DNA of 64,000 bases, taken from positions 20,398,001-20,462,000 of the forward strand of contig OX597820.1 of assembly GCA_951406725.2 (NCBI GenBank). The letters run 5' to 3'. Both the position numbers and the translations under genes were made by a program. Numbering within the stretch: the first letter of the stretch is position 1; every line of letters begins with the position of its first letter. The notes under the pieces are model-generated. The model was not told where the DNA came from. It ran no database searches and was given only the letters and a program-made list of their open reading frames with translations. Positions 30,044 to 42,944 of the stretch are shown one piece after another. The stretch comes from Octopus vulgaris (Eukaryota).

Positions 30044-30274
30044 CTAGCAGTATCGCCCGGCGTTGCTCGGGTTTGTAAGGGAAATAACTATATAAGCATT
30101 TTTAGAGAGTTATAGACAAAAATAGCAAAAAATGCATTAAAAATGGAAAAAAAATTATGGTAATTTTTTTTTGAAATCGTTGACTCATCGTAGACATTTT
30201 TAGAGAGTTACTTCCCTTATATAATAGCGAAAAAATGCATTAAAATGGAAAAAAAATGATGGTAATTTTTTTTT
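30044..30274 (-). mobile_element. Non-autonomous Helitron, 3' part (same family as 9816-10305)
   Basis: Minus-strand end CCCGAGCAACGCCGGGCGATACTGCTAG|T plus the same internal repeats; 5' end lost. Confidence 0.85.
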
Positions 30275-30292
30275 GACCTACAACGAGTGTAT

Positions 30293-30615
30293 TATTCTTT
30301 TGTAAGCCCAGTACTTATTCTATCGGTCTCTTTTGCCGAACCGCTAAGTAACGGGGACGTAAACACACCAGCATCGGTTGTCAAGCAATGCTAGGGGAAC
30401 AAACACAAACACACAAACAAACACACGCATATATAAATATAGATATATACGACGGGCTTCTTTCAGTTTCCGTCTACCAAATCCACTCACAAGGCTTTGG
30501 TCGGCCCGAGGCTATAGTAGAAGACACTTGCGCAAGGTGCCACGCAGTGGGACTGAACCCGGAACCATGTGGTTTGTAAACAAGCTACTTACCACACAGC
30601 CACTCCTGCGCCTGC
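30293..30615 (-). mobile_element. SINE family A
   Basis: Colinear with family A, tail-truncated. Confidence 0.8.
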
Positions 30616-30994
30616 GTATTTGTTTGTAAGAATGAATACATGCATGAGTCTAGGAATTATGTGACGGGTGCATGTGTGTGTGTGCCTGTGTACAAACTCG
30701 TACACGCACGCATTCTCACACAGACGGTTTCAAACTCTGGCATAAGAAGAGCAATTTTAGGAAGGGACTAAGTCGATTATATCGATCTCAGTACTTGTCG
30801 AGTAGTTATTTTGTCGACAAAGGATGAAAGGCTAAGAATTTTCTCCGACGTGCTAGCGATTTCATAAACTCACTACCTTACACACACACACACAGGCATG
30901 CGCGCGCGCACAGTTTTTCTCTTTTGACAAACTATGTTACTTCGGTTGTCTATCTATCTATCTATCTATCTATCAGTTTTATATATATATACAC

Positions 30995-31196
30995 ACGGTT
31001 CCGGGTTCAGTCCCACTGCGTGGCACCTTGGGCAAGTGTCTTCTACTATAGCCTCGGGCCGACCAAAGCCTTGTGAGTGGATTTGGTAGACGGAAACTGA
31101 AAGCCCAGTACTTATTCTATCGGTCTCTTTTGCCAAACCGCTAAGTGACGGGGACATAAACACACCAGCATCGGGGGACAAACACAGACACACACA

Positions 31197-31235
<39 letters not shown>

Positions 31236-31378
31236 GACAGGCTTCTTTCAGTTTCCGTCTACCAAATTGGTCGGCCCGGGGCTATAGCAGAAGACACTTG
31301 ATGCCACTCAGTGGGACTGAACCCGGAACCATGTGGTTGGTTAGCAAGCTACTTACCACACAACCACTCCTGGGCCTA
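30995..31378. mobile_element. Two fused SINE family A fragments in opposite orientation
   Basis: Plus-strand head piece to ~31105 joined at AAGCCC to a minus-strand copy. Confidence 0.7.
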
Positions 31379-32614
31379 TATGTTTAGATATATATAATAT
31401 ATATATATATATGTGTGTGTGTGTCTGTATACGAACATATGTATGTTATACTCATACACAACACATACATGTATACTTGTATATAATGTAATAAAAGTTT
31501 TACGTAGAGAAAGAGAGAGAAAGAGAGAAAGAAAGAGAGAGAGAAAGAGAATGAGAGAGAAAGAGATCTGTCGGTTATAACGAACAAGACAAGGAGTACA
31601 CAATACAAATTTAGAGTGCAATATTTAATTTAATCCGATCCAGTGTCCTGTTATTCAGGAATCGTCTGCACCTCAGTGAAACCATATAACAACTGACAAC
31701 TGGACCGACCTACACACACACACACACATTTGTGTGTTTCTGTGTTTCCGCATTATGTTTATATTAATGTAACAGTACTGAAAAAAAACAACAAGGTAAG
31801 TAAATACACGTAGGTGCGAACCAAGGTATATAATTAAAAAAAAAAAGAAATCACAAAAGTATTTGAATGAATTAAAAACAAGCGAAGCGAACCTCTGAGT
31901 TTGTAAGTCCAGTGTGTAGAAGAAGCAGGAATCTCGGTAGTAAAGTCCGATTCTGTCAGTCTATATCGGTTGAGCAGTAAAGTGGAGATTCTCTTATTCT
32001 TGCAGACGTTCTCATATTTAAGCTTTTTACTCATTCTCTGAAGTCCCATTTGGTCTTATGCGTTTTCGTTTTTGATGTTGTCTTCTTCTTATAATACTTT
32101 ATTGCTACTACTACTACTACTACTACTACTACAGTTGTTGTTGTTGTTGTTGCTACTGCTGATGTTGCCACTTAACCTAAGAGATTATGTGGAGGTAACA
32201 GTTGTTGGGTGATGTTGCTGGTTGTGATGATATTAGTGGTGGTAGTGGTGGTGGTAGTACTTGTGTAGAACCTAAGATATTTCTCGTAAGCAGATGTGCT
32301 TCTCAGTGGGTATAGCTTTATCTTTTTCTTTGTTTTGTGTATTTTGTTGTTTTTTTCCCATTTACATTTTGTTTTTGTTTTGTTCTGTTTGAAGATAAGC
32401 GGAAAGCAGTGGTGAAGGATAAGTGTTAGTCCACGTGAATGAATGAATGCTTTTGCAGTTGTATCATTATAAACGTTGTTTTTATTATTTAGCCCCCAGG
32501 TCGACCTCAATTAAGGGCAATCGAGTCGTGACCATCACGTTTTATTTTCAAAACCAGTGTTATTTTATTTATAGAACTACATTCACCAAAAGCTTCTTTT
32601 CATTTCTTAAACAT

Positions 32615-32777
32615 AGGCGCAGGTGTGGCTGTGTGGTAAGTAGCTTGCTTAGCAACCACATGGTTACGGGTTCAATGCAACTGCGTGGCACCTTGGGCAA
32701 GTATCTGCTACTATAGCGTCAGGCCGACCAAAGCTTTGTGAGTGGATTAGGTAGATGGAAACTGAAAGAAGCCCGTC

Positions 32778-32860
<83 letters not shown>

Positions 32861-33046
32861 TCCTCCCAACATCGCTTGAAAACCGATTGCGGTGTGTTTA
32901 CGTCCCCGTAACTTAGCGATTCGGCAAAAGAGACCAATAGAATAAGTACTAGGCTTACGAAGAATAAGTCCTGGGGTCGGTTTGCTCGACTAAAGGCGTT
33001 GCTCCAGCATGGTCTCAGTCAAATGACTGAAACAAATTAAAGAATA
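32615..33046 (+). mobile_element. SINE family A, full length
   Basis: GGCGCAGGTGTGGCTGTGTGGTAAG head through the TGACTGAAACAA tail. Confidence 0.85.
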
Positions 33047-34406
33047 GTGATATCTGATTCGAAGACTTATTTGCGTGAATTAGTATTAGTAAAGTTTGCA
33101 ACTTTAGGCGTAAAGCCAGCATTTTTTAAGGGAAGGGCTAACTTGATGCCATCGTCCCCAGTACTTGGCTAGTACTCTCTTTACTCTTTTACTCTTTTAT
33201 TTGTTTCAGTCATATGAGTGCGGCCATGCTGGAGCACCGCCTTTAATCGAGCAACTCGACCCCGGGACTTATACTTTTGTAAGCCCAGTACTTATTCTAT
33301 CGGTCTCTTTTGCCGAACCGCTAAGTTACGGGGACATAAACACACCAGCATCGGCTGTCAAGCAATGCTACGGGGACAAACACAGACACACAAACACACA
33401 CACGCATACATATATATACATATATACGACGGGCTTCTTTCAGTTTCCGTCTACCAAATCCACTCACAAGGCTTTGGTCGGCCCGGGGCTATAGCAGGAG
33501 ACACTTGCCCAAGGTGCCACGCAGTGGGACTGAACCCAGAACCATGTGGTTGGTTAGCAAGCTACTTACCACACAGCCACGCCTGCGCCTATTATATAAA
33601 CCCCAAAAGGATGAAAAGCAAGCTTGACTTTGAGCTCAGAACGTAGAGTCAGAATAAATGTCGCGAGTTATCTTGCCCCGAGCGATTCCGCCGGCTCGCA
33701 ACCTTTTAAATTTAGTATTAACTATAAACTTCCATTTCACGAATTAACAAAGGAGCGTCAACGTAGTTGCCAGACCTGCTAGAAATAGCAGCCGTATATA
33801 CTTTTCTACTCTAGGTACAAGGCCCGAAATTTTGGGGGCGGGGGCCAGTCGATAAGATCGACTCCAGTACACAACTGGTACTTATTTAATCGACCCCGAA
33901 AGGATGAAAGGCAAAGTCGACCTCGGCGGAATTTGAACTCAGAACGTGGTGGTCCGAGAAGAGGGGAAGAAGGAGGGAACCCACCGGCTGTTGCAGGCGG
34001 CACTCACTCTTGCTAAGTCACTGAGAAGATTTAATGTTTTAGATAGGAAAAAAAAGAAGAAAGCTAAACAAAACAAAACAAAATTTAATTTCCACTCATA
34101 AATCCACACCCGTTGTTTTACGTATATATGACATGCGCCCAGACGCATTTAAAGATTGATTGCTTTTCATCGAAGACGTCTCAAACTGTGATTTTTTGCG
34201 ACGCCATAATCGACATGCCGTTCAACTATGTAGCATTTTCTGACCTACAACGAGTGAATTGTTCAAGGGTTTGAGCGTTTTCTCCGTACAATGTCTATAT
34301 TTGCTGTCATGTTTTAGAATATTTCTAAAAAATAATATCTCGAATACTTGAGATATTATATTATATATGACACACAACATGAGTAAGTAATAAGTGTGGC
34401 CGATCA

Positions 34407-34441
<35 letters not shown>

Positions 34442-34713
34442 CTATCTTTTTCCTTTCCCTTTTTTCCTCACCCCCCTCGTTTAAAGTTTATTTTATCCTC
34501 CCCCTTTTTTTGTCATCTTTCTTTCCATTTACGATCCCTTTTGATAGAAAACCAAACCCCCTTCTTTTACCCCCAAAAGAAAAGCTCTACCTTGTAATTT
34601 TGTCATGTCTGTGTGGAGCCTTGTGTGGCTAATAAAGAAACATATCTATCTATCTATCTTATCTTTACAGGCAAAGGTTGACAGTGGGCCATCTACCTGT
34701 CTATCAGTCTATA

Positions 34714-34749
<36 letters not shown>

Positions 34750-34751
<2 letters not shown>

Positions 34752-35322
34752 TAAACAGTAAAAATAATTACAGACATGGACAAGAACATGAAACACCACA
34801 GAGACGACACAAGAACCACAGGACGGGACATTCGAAGCCCTCAGTCATCAGTCAAGAACCAGATCATCTTAGCAATTTCGGCTGATTAATCTTGAGATTG
34901 CTCCGATTTGGGCAGCCGCCAAGGGAAATCTAAGCCAAGCGCATTAGATCCCCTGGAAGAAAGCTTCGAATGTATACAACACGAGGACGGAAAACGAACG
35001 AAGTACACGAACAAAAATACAGAATACGTGACACCAATAAGAATACAAAAACGTAAAAACAATAACGGTAAAAATAAAAACAAAACAAAACCAGGACGTA
35101 GGACAAGGGTCTTTCGACAGGACGAGTTGTAGTTTAGGGCTGGCTTATGAAGTTGTGCCTAATGGCCGCAGGGAGACGAACAAATACGTGTTGCTTCGGC
35201 GACTGCTGGAACGAAAAGAGCGCTCAACAGTGGCTAGCGGTCACGTGAGAACAAAAGACAGGAGAAAGGGACAGATGAAAAAGAGAGAAGGTGGACGAGG
35301 AGGAGAAGAAAGAGACAGATCG
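34750..35322 (-). mobile_element. ~570 bp Penelope-like non-coding insertion in units U0, B1, B2 (absent from A units)
   Basis: Abuts (TA)n and replaces the ~35 bp seen in A units; homologous to 1-165; carries the rearranged hammerhead and the Tx1-like target site. Confidence 0.6.
34828..34973 (-). ncRNA. Candidate non-circularly permuted hammerhead ribozyme (unit U0)
   Basis: AGCAA-UC^UCAAGA ... CAGCC-GAAA-UUGCU ... UCUUGA-CUGAUGA: perfect stem I (6 bp) and stem III (6 bp including the core A-U), GGCUG/CAGCC helix, and a 15 bp outer helix. Confidence 0.65.
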
Positions 35323-35546
35323 AGAAAAATATTTTCTCGAAAAAATCTTTATCACTGTCCAGCATATTAAAAAATACCTTTAACGGTTAAATTTATAAAC
35401 AATTCATAAATGAGGGCAAAGGAAAAAAATTCTAATGCCAAATATGCCGAAAAATTGGACATATTGTCCATTAACCATATAATTTTTTCACAATACGCCC
35501 GCTACTCGAAAAAAGGCCGACAGAAATTTCTAAAAAATTCCATTAT

Positions 35547-35604
35547 TACCATATCGGACCGATTTCAGAGTTAGCTACTAAGAGCCCTCTCTTCGTCAGT
35601 GATA
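35547..35604 (-). ncRNA. Type I hammerhead ribozyme (unit U0)
   Basis: UAUCA-CUGACGA-AGAG-[18 nt]-CUCU-GAAA-UCGG-U-CCGA-UA^UGGUA; all core nucleotides and three stems present. Confidence 0.8.
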
Positions 35605-35643
35605 CATGTGGCAAAAGAAATAAATGAGATACTTACTCATACC

Positions 35644-35697
<54 letters not shown>

Positions 35698-36066
35698 TCT
35701 TTTATTTGTTTCAGTCATTTGACTGCGGTTATGCTGGAGCACCGCCTTTAGTCGAACAAATCAGCCCCAGAACTTATTCTTTCTAATCCTAGTACTTATT
35801 CTATCTCTAAGTTACGGAGAAGTAAACACACCAGCATCGGTTGTCAAGCGACGGTGGTGGTGGGGACAAACACAGACACACAAACACTCACTCACATATA
35901 TATATACATATATCCGACAGGCTTCTTTTAGTTTCCGTCTACCAAATCCACTCACAAGGCTTTGGTCGACCCGAGACTATAGTAGAAGACACTATATGCC
36001 CAAGGTGCCACGTAGTGGAACTGAACCCGGAACCATGTGGGTGGTAAGCAAGATACCACACAGCCA

Positions 36067-36487
36067 GCCTACCTGCCTGCCTGCCTGCCTGCCTGCCGTG
36101 CCTGCCTGCCTACCTACCTACCTACCTACCTACCTACCTACCTACCTACCCTACCTACCTACCTACCTACCTACCTACCTACCTACCTACCTACATACAT
36201 ACATACATACATACATACATACATACATACATACATACATACATACATACATACATACATACATACATACATACATACATACATACATACATACATACAT
36301 ACATACATACATACATACATACATACATACATACATACATACATACATACATACATACATACATACATACATACATACATACATACATACATACATACAT
36401 ACATACATACATACATACATACATACATACATACATACATACATACATACATACATACATACATACATACATACATACATACATACA

Positions 36488-36517
<30 letters not shown>
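36067..36517. repeat. (CCTG)/(CCTA)/(TACA)n microsatellite, length-variable among array units
   Basis: ~450 bp here, ~60 bp in A1, ~400 bp in B1, ~65 bp in A2, ~260 bp in B2. Confidence 0.95.
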
Positions 36518-36518
<1 letters not shown>

Positions 36519-37015
36519 GCTAATGATTCTGCCAGCTCACCGCCTTTTTTCTTTTCTATACTAGGCACAAGATCCGAAACTTTTGGTCGACCCAGAACGC
36601 AACAGGTACTTAATTTATCAACCCCGGAAGGATGAAAGTCAAAGTCGACTTCGGCGAAATTTGAACTCAGAACGTAAAAACAGACGAAATACCGATAAGC
36701 ATTTCGTCCGGCGTACTAACGGTTCTGCCAGCTCGCCGCCATAGCAGCAACATATAATTTAAAATGATGCTAAGAGTACGCTAAATATTGCACGATAGCT
36801 GGGAACAACAGACAGGATGATTTTGAATGGTGCACTTTTGATAATAAGACTACTCAACGAAGGGCTATCTGTGGTTAAACAACACCAATAACAAAAGCAA
36901 CATCATTCATTTATGGGATTAAATATTTGGGTGATTATATCCCAAGAAACTGGTGACTTCGACGTTGCCAGATAACATCTTTGGTTGTCTAATCAATAAA
37001 CAAATTATTATATAA

Positions 37016-37272
37016 CTAGCTGGCCCCGTGCCGTCAAAAATGACGGATAATTGTAGTATTCTATATGTAAATATGGATGGTAAATCAAATTAATACACTC
37101 GTCAATGTTCACATACATTCAGATACACACATATACTCACACAGAGCTGAAACGCCGTTTGATTTTTCTTTCCAGCGTTGAATGTCCACCATCCCACAAG
37201 TTTGCCATCATCCCTTCCTTCCTTATTTATATGCTGTGACGGAGAAAAACGCAAGAGTATTATTATACTAGA
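37016..37272 (-). mobile_element. Non-autonomous Helitron, second family (257 bp)
   Basis: A|TCTAGTATAAT 5' end, hairpin CCGTCA-TTTT-TGACGG, CTAG|T 3' end. Confidence 0.8.
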
Positions 37273-39213
37273 TTCTGTCTACTGTAGGTAGAAAGTCGGT
37301 TTTATCGATCCCAGTGCGTTTCTGGTATATATTTTATAGACCACGGGAAAGTGGAAGTCAAATTCAACTTCGGTAGCATTTGAACTCAGAACGTAAAGAA
37401 CCTGAAGAGATGCTGCTAAACATTTTGTCCGACGTGCTAACGATTCTGCCATGTCGCCGCCTTTAACAAATTGGTTTCAAGTTTTGGCACAAGGCCAGCA
37501 AATTTCGGGGGAGGGGTAAGTCGATTATGTCGACCCCAGTGTTTCACTAGTACTTGATTTATCGGCCCCGAAAGGATGAAAGACAAACTCAATCTCGGCA
37601 GTATTTGAACTCAAGATTACGTGAACAATGTTTTCGAATAATTGTTCGAAAACAATTATTCGAAAACCATTTATTCGAATGGAGAATTGTATGAATTAAA
37701 ATTATTCAAAAGGGCAATTATACGAAATGCAGTGGGACTGAACCCGGAACCATGTGGTTCGTAAGCAATTTCTTACGAACTCTTATTATATAGTAACTGC
37801 GAGTTCGCAGAATCGTTAGCGCGTCGGACAAAATGCTTAGTTGTGTTTCTTCCGGATCTTTACGTTCTGAGCTCCGTTTCATGAAAATTATTCGAAAACA
37901 ATTATTGGAAAAACAGTTATTCGAAATAAATACCATTCGTGTACTTCAGCTTTAGTTTTATCATTTTGATTTAAATAAAATTAATAACGTATCTCCTTTA
38001 CTTGTTTCAGTCATTTGACTGCGGCAATGCTGGAGCACCGCCTTTTAGTCGAGCAACTCGACCCCGGGACTTATACTTTTTGTAAGCCCAGTACTTATTC
38101 TATCGGTCTCTTTTTGCCGAACCGCTAAGTTACGGGGACGTAAACACACCAGCATCGGTTGTCAAGCAATGCTAGGGGAACAAAGACAGACCCCAAACAC
38201 ACACACAAACAAATATATATATTTACATATATACGACAGGCTTCTTTCAGTTTCCGTCTACCAAATCCACTCACAAGGCATTGGTCGGCCCGGGGCTATA
38301 TCAGGAGACACTTGCCCAAGATGCCACGCAGTGGGACTGAACCCAGAACCATGTGGTTGGTTAGCAAGCTACTTACCACACAGCCACGCCTGCGCCTATT
38401 ATATAAACCCCAAAAGGATGAAAAGCAAGCTTGACTTTGAGCTCAGAACGTAGAGTCAGAATAAATGTCGCGAGTTATCTTGCCCCGAGCGATTCCGCCG
38501 GCTCGCAACCTTTTAAATTTAGTATTAACTATAAACTTCCATTTCACGAATTAACAAAGGAGCGTCAACGTAGTTGCCAGACCTGCTAGAAATAGCAGCC
38601 GTATATACTTTTCTACTCTAGGTACAAGGCCCGAAATTTTGGGGGCGGGGTCCAGTCGATTAGATCGACTCCAGTACACAACTGGTACTTATTTAATCGA
38701 CCCCGAAAGGATGAAAGGCAAAGTCGACCTCGGCGGAATTTGAACACAGAACGTGGTGGTCCGAGAAGAGGGGAAGAAGGAGGGAACCCACCGGCTGTTG
38801 CAGGCGGCACTCACTCTTGCTAAGTCACTGAGGAGATTTAATGTTTTAGATAGGAAAAAAAAGAAGAAAGCTAAACAAAACAAAACAAAATTTAATTTCC
38901 ACCCATAAATCCACACCAGTTGTTTTACGTAAATATGACATGCTTCCAGACGCATTTAAAGATTGATTGCTTTTCATCGAAGACGTCTCAAGCTGTGGTT
39001 TTTTGCGACGCCATAACCGATATGCCGTTCAACTATGTAGCATTTTCTGACCTACAACGAGTGAATTGTTCAAGGGTTTGAGCGTTTTCTCCGTACAATG
39101 TCTATATTTGCTGTCATGTTTTAGAATATTTCTAAAAAATAATATCTCGAATACTTGAGATATTATATTATATATGACACACAACATGAGTAAGTAATAA
39201 GTGTGGCCGATCA

Positions 39214-39303
<90 letters not shown>

Positions 39304-39571
39304 TTTTCCTTTCCCTTTTTTTCCTCACCCCCCTTGTTTAAAGTTTATTTTATCCCCCCCCCTTTTTTTGTCCTTTTTCTTTCCATTTACGATCCCTTTT
39401 GATAGAAAACCAAACCCCCTTCTTTTACCCCCAAAAGGAAAGCTCTACCTTGTAATTTTGTCATGTCTGTGTGCAGCCCTGTGTGGCTAATAAAGAAACA
39501 TATCTATCTATCTATCTTATCTTTACAGGCAAAGGTTGACAGTGGGCCATCTACCTGTCTATCAGTCTATA

Positions 39572-39643
<72 letters not shown>

Positions 39644-39760
39644 TATCAAATGTGAGGATAAAATTCTTTTCGAAAAAAAAATATTTTCTCGAAAAATCTT
39701 TATCAATGTCCAGCATATTAAAAAATACCTTTAACGGTTAAATTTATAAACAATTCATAA

Positions 39761-41655
39761 ATGAGGGCAAAGGAAAAAAATTCTAATGCCAACCCTGACA
39801 GGGAGGCAGTGGAATCGCTTCTTGACTTCATGGATGACTTCTTCTTGTCCCAACTGTTACTCGAACCAACGAGATGTCACAAAAACGTCTTAGACTTAAT
39901 TTTCAGCAATCACACTGATACTATCCACAATGTTGCAGTGGAGAAAACCCTACTCTCCGACCATGACATGGTTCTCTGTGATCTGAGATTTCACTGGCCA
40001 AAATGCAAAACAAATGTCATCCCTTCTGTTCATCTATTTTACACTATGGATTTCCACAATGCAAACTGGGAAGCGATCAATAATGATCTTGCACAAGTCG
40101 ATTGGTCCTTCACGCACACATACACACCCACTAACATCAAAAAGTCCTGGCAGTCACTTGTAGACACCATCACGAACATATGTGCAAGACACACCCCATT
40201 AAGATCTGCAAACAAATCTAAGTGTCGAATCCCTAGAAATAGAAAATCTCTCATAAGGAAAATTAAAAGAATCAACAAAAAGATCAACATGCTGAAATAC
40301 TGTCAACAGCAACACACCAACCTGACTGCCATCTCGTCGCTAGAGATTAAAAAACATAAACTCCAAAACAACATGATGTCTATCATCAATAGTCAGCGAA
40401 GAGCTGAAGAGGCCTGGGCCATTGAGAAGATCAAACTCATTCCCAAAGTGTTCTTTTCATTTGCAAAAATACACAGAGTCACTGGTTCTACTGTTGGCCC
40501 TCTGATTGATGAAAATGGTACTCTTCAAGACAATGCCAAAACCATGGGAGAGATATTGCAGAAACAATATTGCTCTGTTTTCAGCAATCCTGATATGACT
40601 GATCTGGGCTGTATCAGTGATGTTACTCCCCAATACACTTTATCGGACATAACATTTGGCGCTCCTGATGTCTTAGCAGCAATAAAGGAAATGAAGCATA
40701 ATTCAGCAGTAGGTCCCGATAGGTTCCCTGCATGTGTCTTGAAGATGTGTCAAAACCAACTTGCACCCCCTCTAGCCAATCTGTGGCGGAACTCACTGGA
40801 TGCTGGATATATACCAGAAGACCTTCTATCCCAGTCTGTTGTCCCAGTTTTCAAAAAAGGAAATAAATCGCTTGCCGTGAATTACCGTCCAATCTCACTC
40901 ACCTCTCATATCATCAAGGTATTTGAGAGGGTGCTGAGATCGCGTATGACTCACTTCCTTGAGAGTCATAATATGCTGAACCCCAACCAGCATGGATTCC
41001 GTAATGGGAGAGATTGCCTGACGCAGCTACTGCATCATTTTGATGACATTTTGAGAGCCTTGGGAGAAGGTTCCAACACTGATGTCATCTACCTTGATTT
41101 CAGCAAGGCCTTTGACAGGGTTGATCATAAGATCCTTCTGAGAAAGCTGTCCAATATTGGTGTCACTGGAAAGCTGCTGCAATGGATCAAGTGCTTCCTG
41201 TCAAAGTTGACATGGCCCGCAGAATGTGTTCCTGGATTCTCAGAACCTTCCAGTCGAGAGATTCCCACGCTATTATCCTTCTCTTTTCCACTATTGCCCG
41301 ACCCCACCTTGAATACTGCTGTCCACTGTGGTCTCCCTACACTAAACAAAATATTATGAGAATTGAAGCTCCCCAAAGGTTAATCACAAAAAAGATAGAT
41401 GGCATGTCAGACCTTGACTACTGGGGTAGACTAGAGAAGCTGAAATTGTATTCACTCCAACGACGCCGTGAACGCTACATTATCTGTATGATGTGGAAAA
41501 TATTCCATCAGCACTGTCCGAATGATGTTGGCATCACCTTCAAAATGTCTTTGGACAAATTCCTTCAAACAGTACCGGACAAACCACCCACACCCGGATA
41601 TGTCTCCGCAAACAATAACTCTCTGCTCGAATGGGCCTTGGTGCCCAAATCCTGA
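39761..41655 (+). pseudogene. Endonuclease/RT pseudogene of LINE A, lacking the QG and YADD RT motifs
   Basis: The frame breaks after WIKCFLS (~41203) and resumes KVDMARRMCSWILRTF in another frame; the catalytic RT motifs are deleted. Confidence 0.88.
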
Positions 41656-41737
41656 ACTGAAAGACTTCGCCAGATGGTGCTATTAAGTTAGACATGGCCT
41701 GGGCCAATACTGGCCAAAAACCTTTCTAAGATATTCT
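39793..41737 (+). mobile_element. LINE A: CR1-group non-LTR retrotransposon, 5'-truncated and internally deleted (unit A1)
   Basis: APE C-terminus (LDLIF, SDH), RT N-half (AVGPD, NYRPISLTS, QHGFR, YLDFSKAFDRVDH), C-terminal LEYCCPLWSP and YSLQRRRERY. Absent from U0/B units; at most ~2 bp TSD. Confidence 0.9.
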
Positions 41738-41842
41738 AAATATGCCGATAAATTGGACATATTGTCCGTTAACCATATAATTTTTCACAATACGCCCGCT
41801 ACTCGAAAAAGGCGGACAGAAATTTCTAAAAAATTCCATTAT

Positions 41843-41900
41843 TACCATATCGGACCGATTTCAGAGTTAGCTACTAAGAGCCCTCTCTTCGTCAGTGATA
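41843..41900 (-). ncRNA. Type I hammerhead ribozyme (unit A1)
   Basis: Identical to 35547-35604. Confidence 0.8.
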
Positions 41901-41939
41901 CATGTGGCAAAAGAAATAAATGAGATATTTACTCATACC

Positions 41940-42013
<74 letters not shown>

Positions 42014-42944
42014 TCTTTTATTTGTTTCAGGCATTTGACTGCGGTTATGCTGGAGCACCGCCTTTAGTCGAACAAATCAGCCCCAGAACTTATTCTTTCT
42101 AATCCTAGTACTTATTCTATCTCTAAGTTACGGAGAAGTAAACACACCAGCATCGGTTGTCAAGCGACGTGGGTGGTGGGGACAAACACAGACACACACT
42201 CACATATATATATACATATATCCGACAGGCTTCTTTTAGTTTCCGTCTACCAAATCCACTCACAAGGCTTTGGTCGACCCGAGACTATAGTAGAAGACAC
42301 TATATGTCCAAGGTGCCACGTAGTGGAACTGAACCCGGAACCATGTGGGTGGTAAGCAAGATACCACACAGCCACGTCTGCGTCTACATACATACATACA
42401 TGCATGCATGCATGCATGCATACATACATACATACATACATACATATGCTAACGATTCTGCCAGCTCACCGCCTTTATTCTTTTCTATACTAGGCACAAG
42501 ATCCGAAACTTTTGGTCGACCCAGAACGCAACAGGTACTTAATTTATCGACCCCGGAAGGATGAAAGGCAAAGTCGACTTCGGCGAAATTTGAACTCAGA
42601 ACGTAAAAACAGACGAAATACCGATAAGGATTTCGTCCGGCGTACTAACGGTTCTGCCAGCTCGCCGCCATAGCAGCAACATATAATTTAAAATGATGCT
42701 AAGAGTACGCTAAATATTGCACGATAGCTGGGAACAACAGACAGGATGATTTTGAATGGTGCACTTTTGATAATAAGACTACTCAACGAAGGGCTATCTG
42801 TGGTTAAACAACACCAATAACAAAAGCAACATCATTCATTTATGGGATTAAATATTTGGGTGATTATATCCCAATAAACTGGTGACTTCGACGTTGCCAG
42901 ATAACATCTTTGGTTGTCTAATCAATAAACAAATTATTATATAA

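Noticed and set aside
31834-32049. Host exon (71 aa ORF in non-repetitive sequence)
   Set aside because: No recognisable domain or convincing splice sites; cannot be supported without transcripts.
33165-33646. Recurring ORFs such as SVSVYQIHSQGFGRP as a tandem gene family
   Set aside because: They are translations of SINE family A.
37620-37935. CRISPR-like or regulatory array of TTCGAAAACAATT repeats
   Set aside because: Short degenerate tandem repeats with no spacers and no cas genes, in eukaryotic context.
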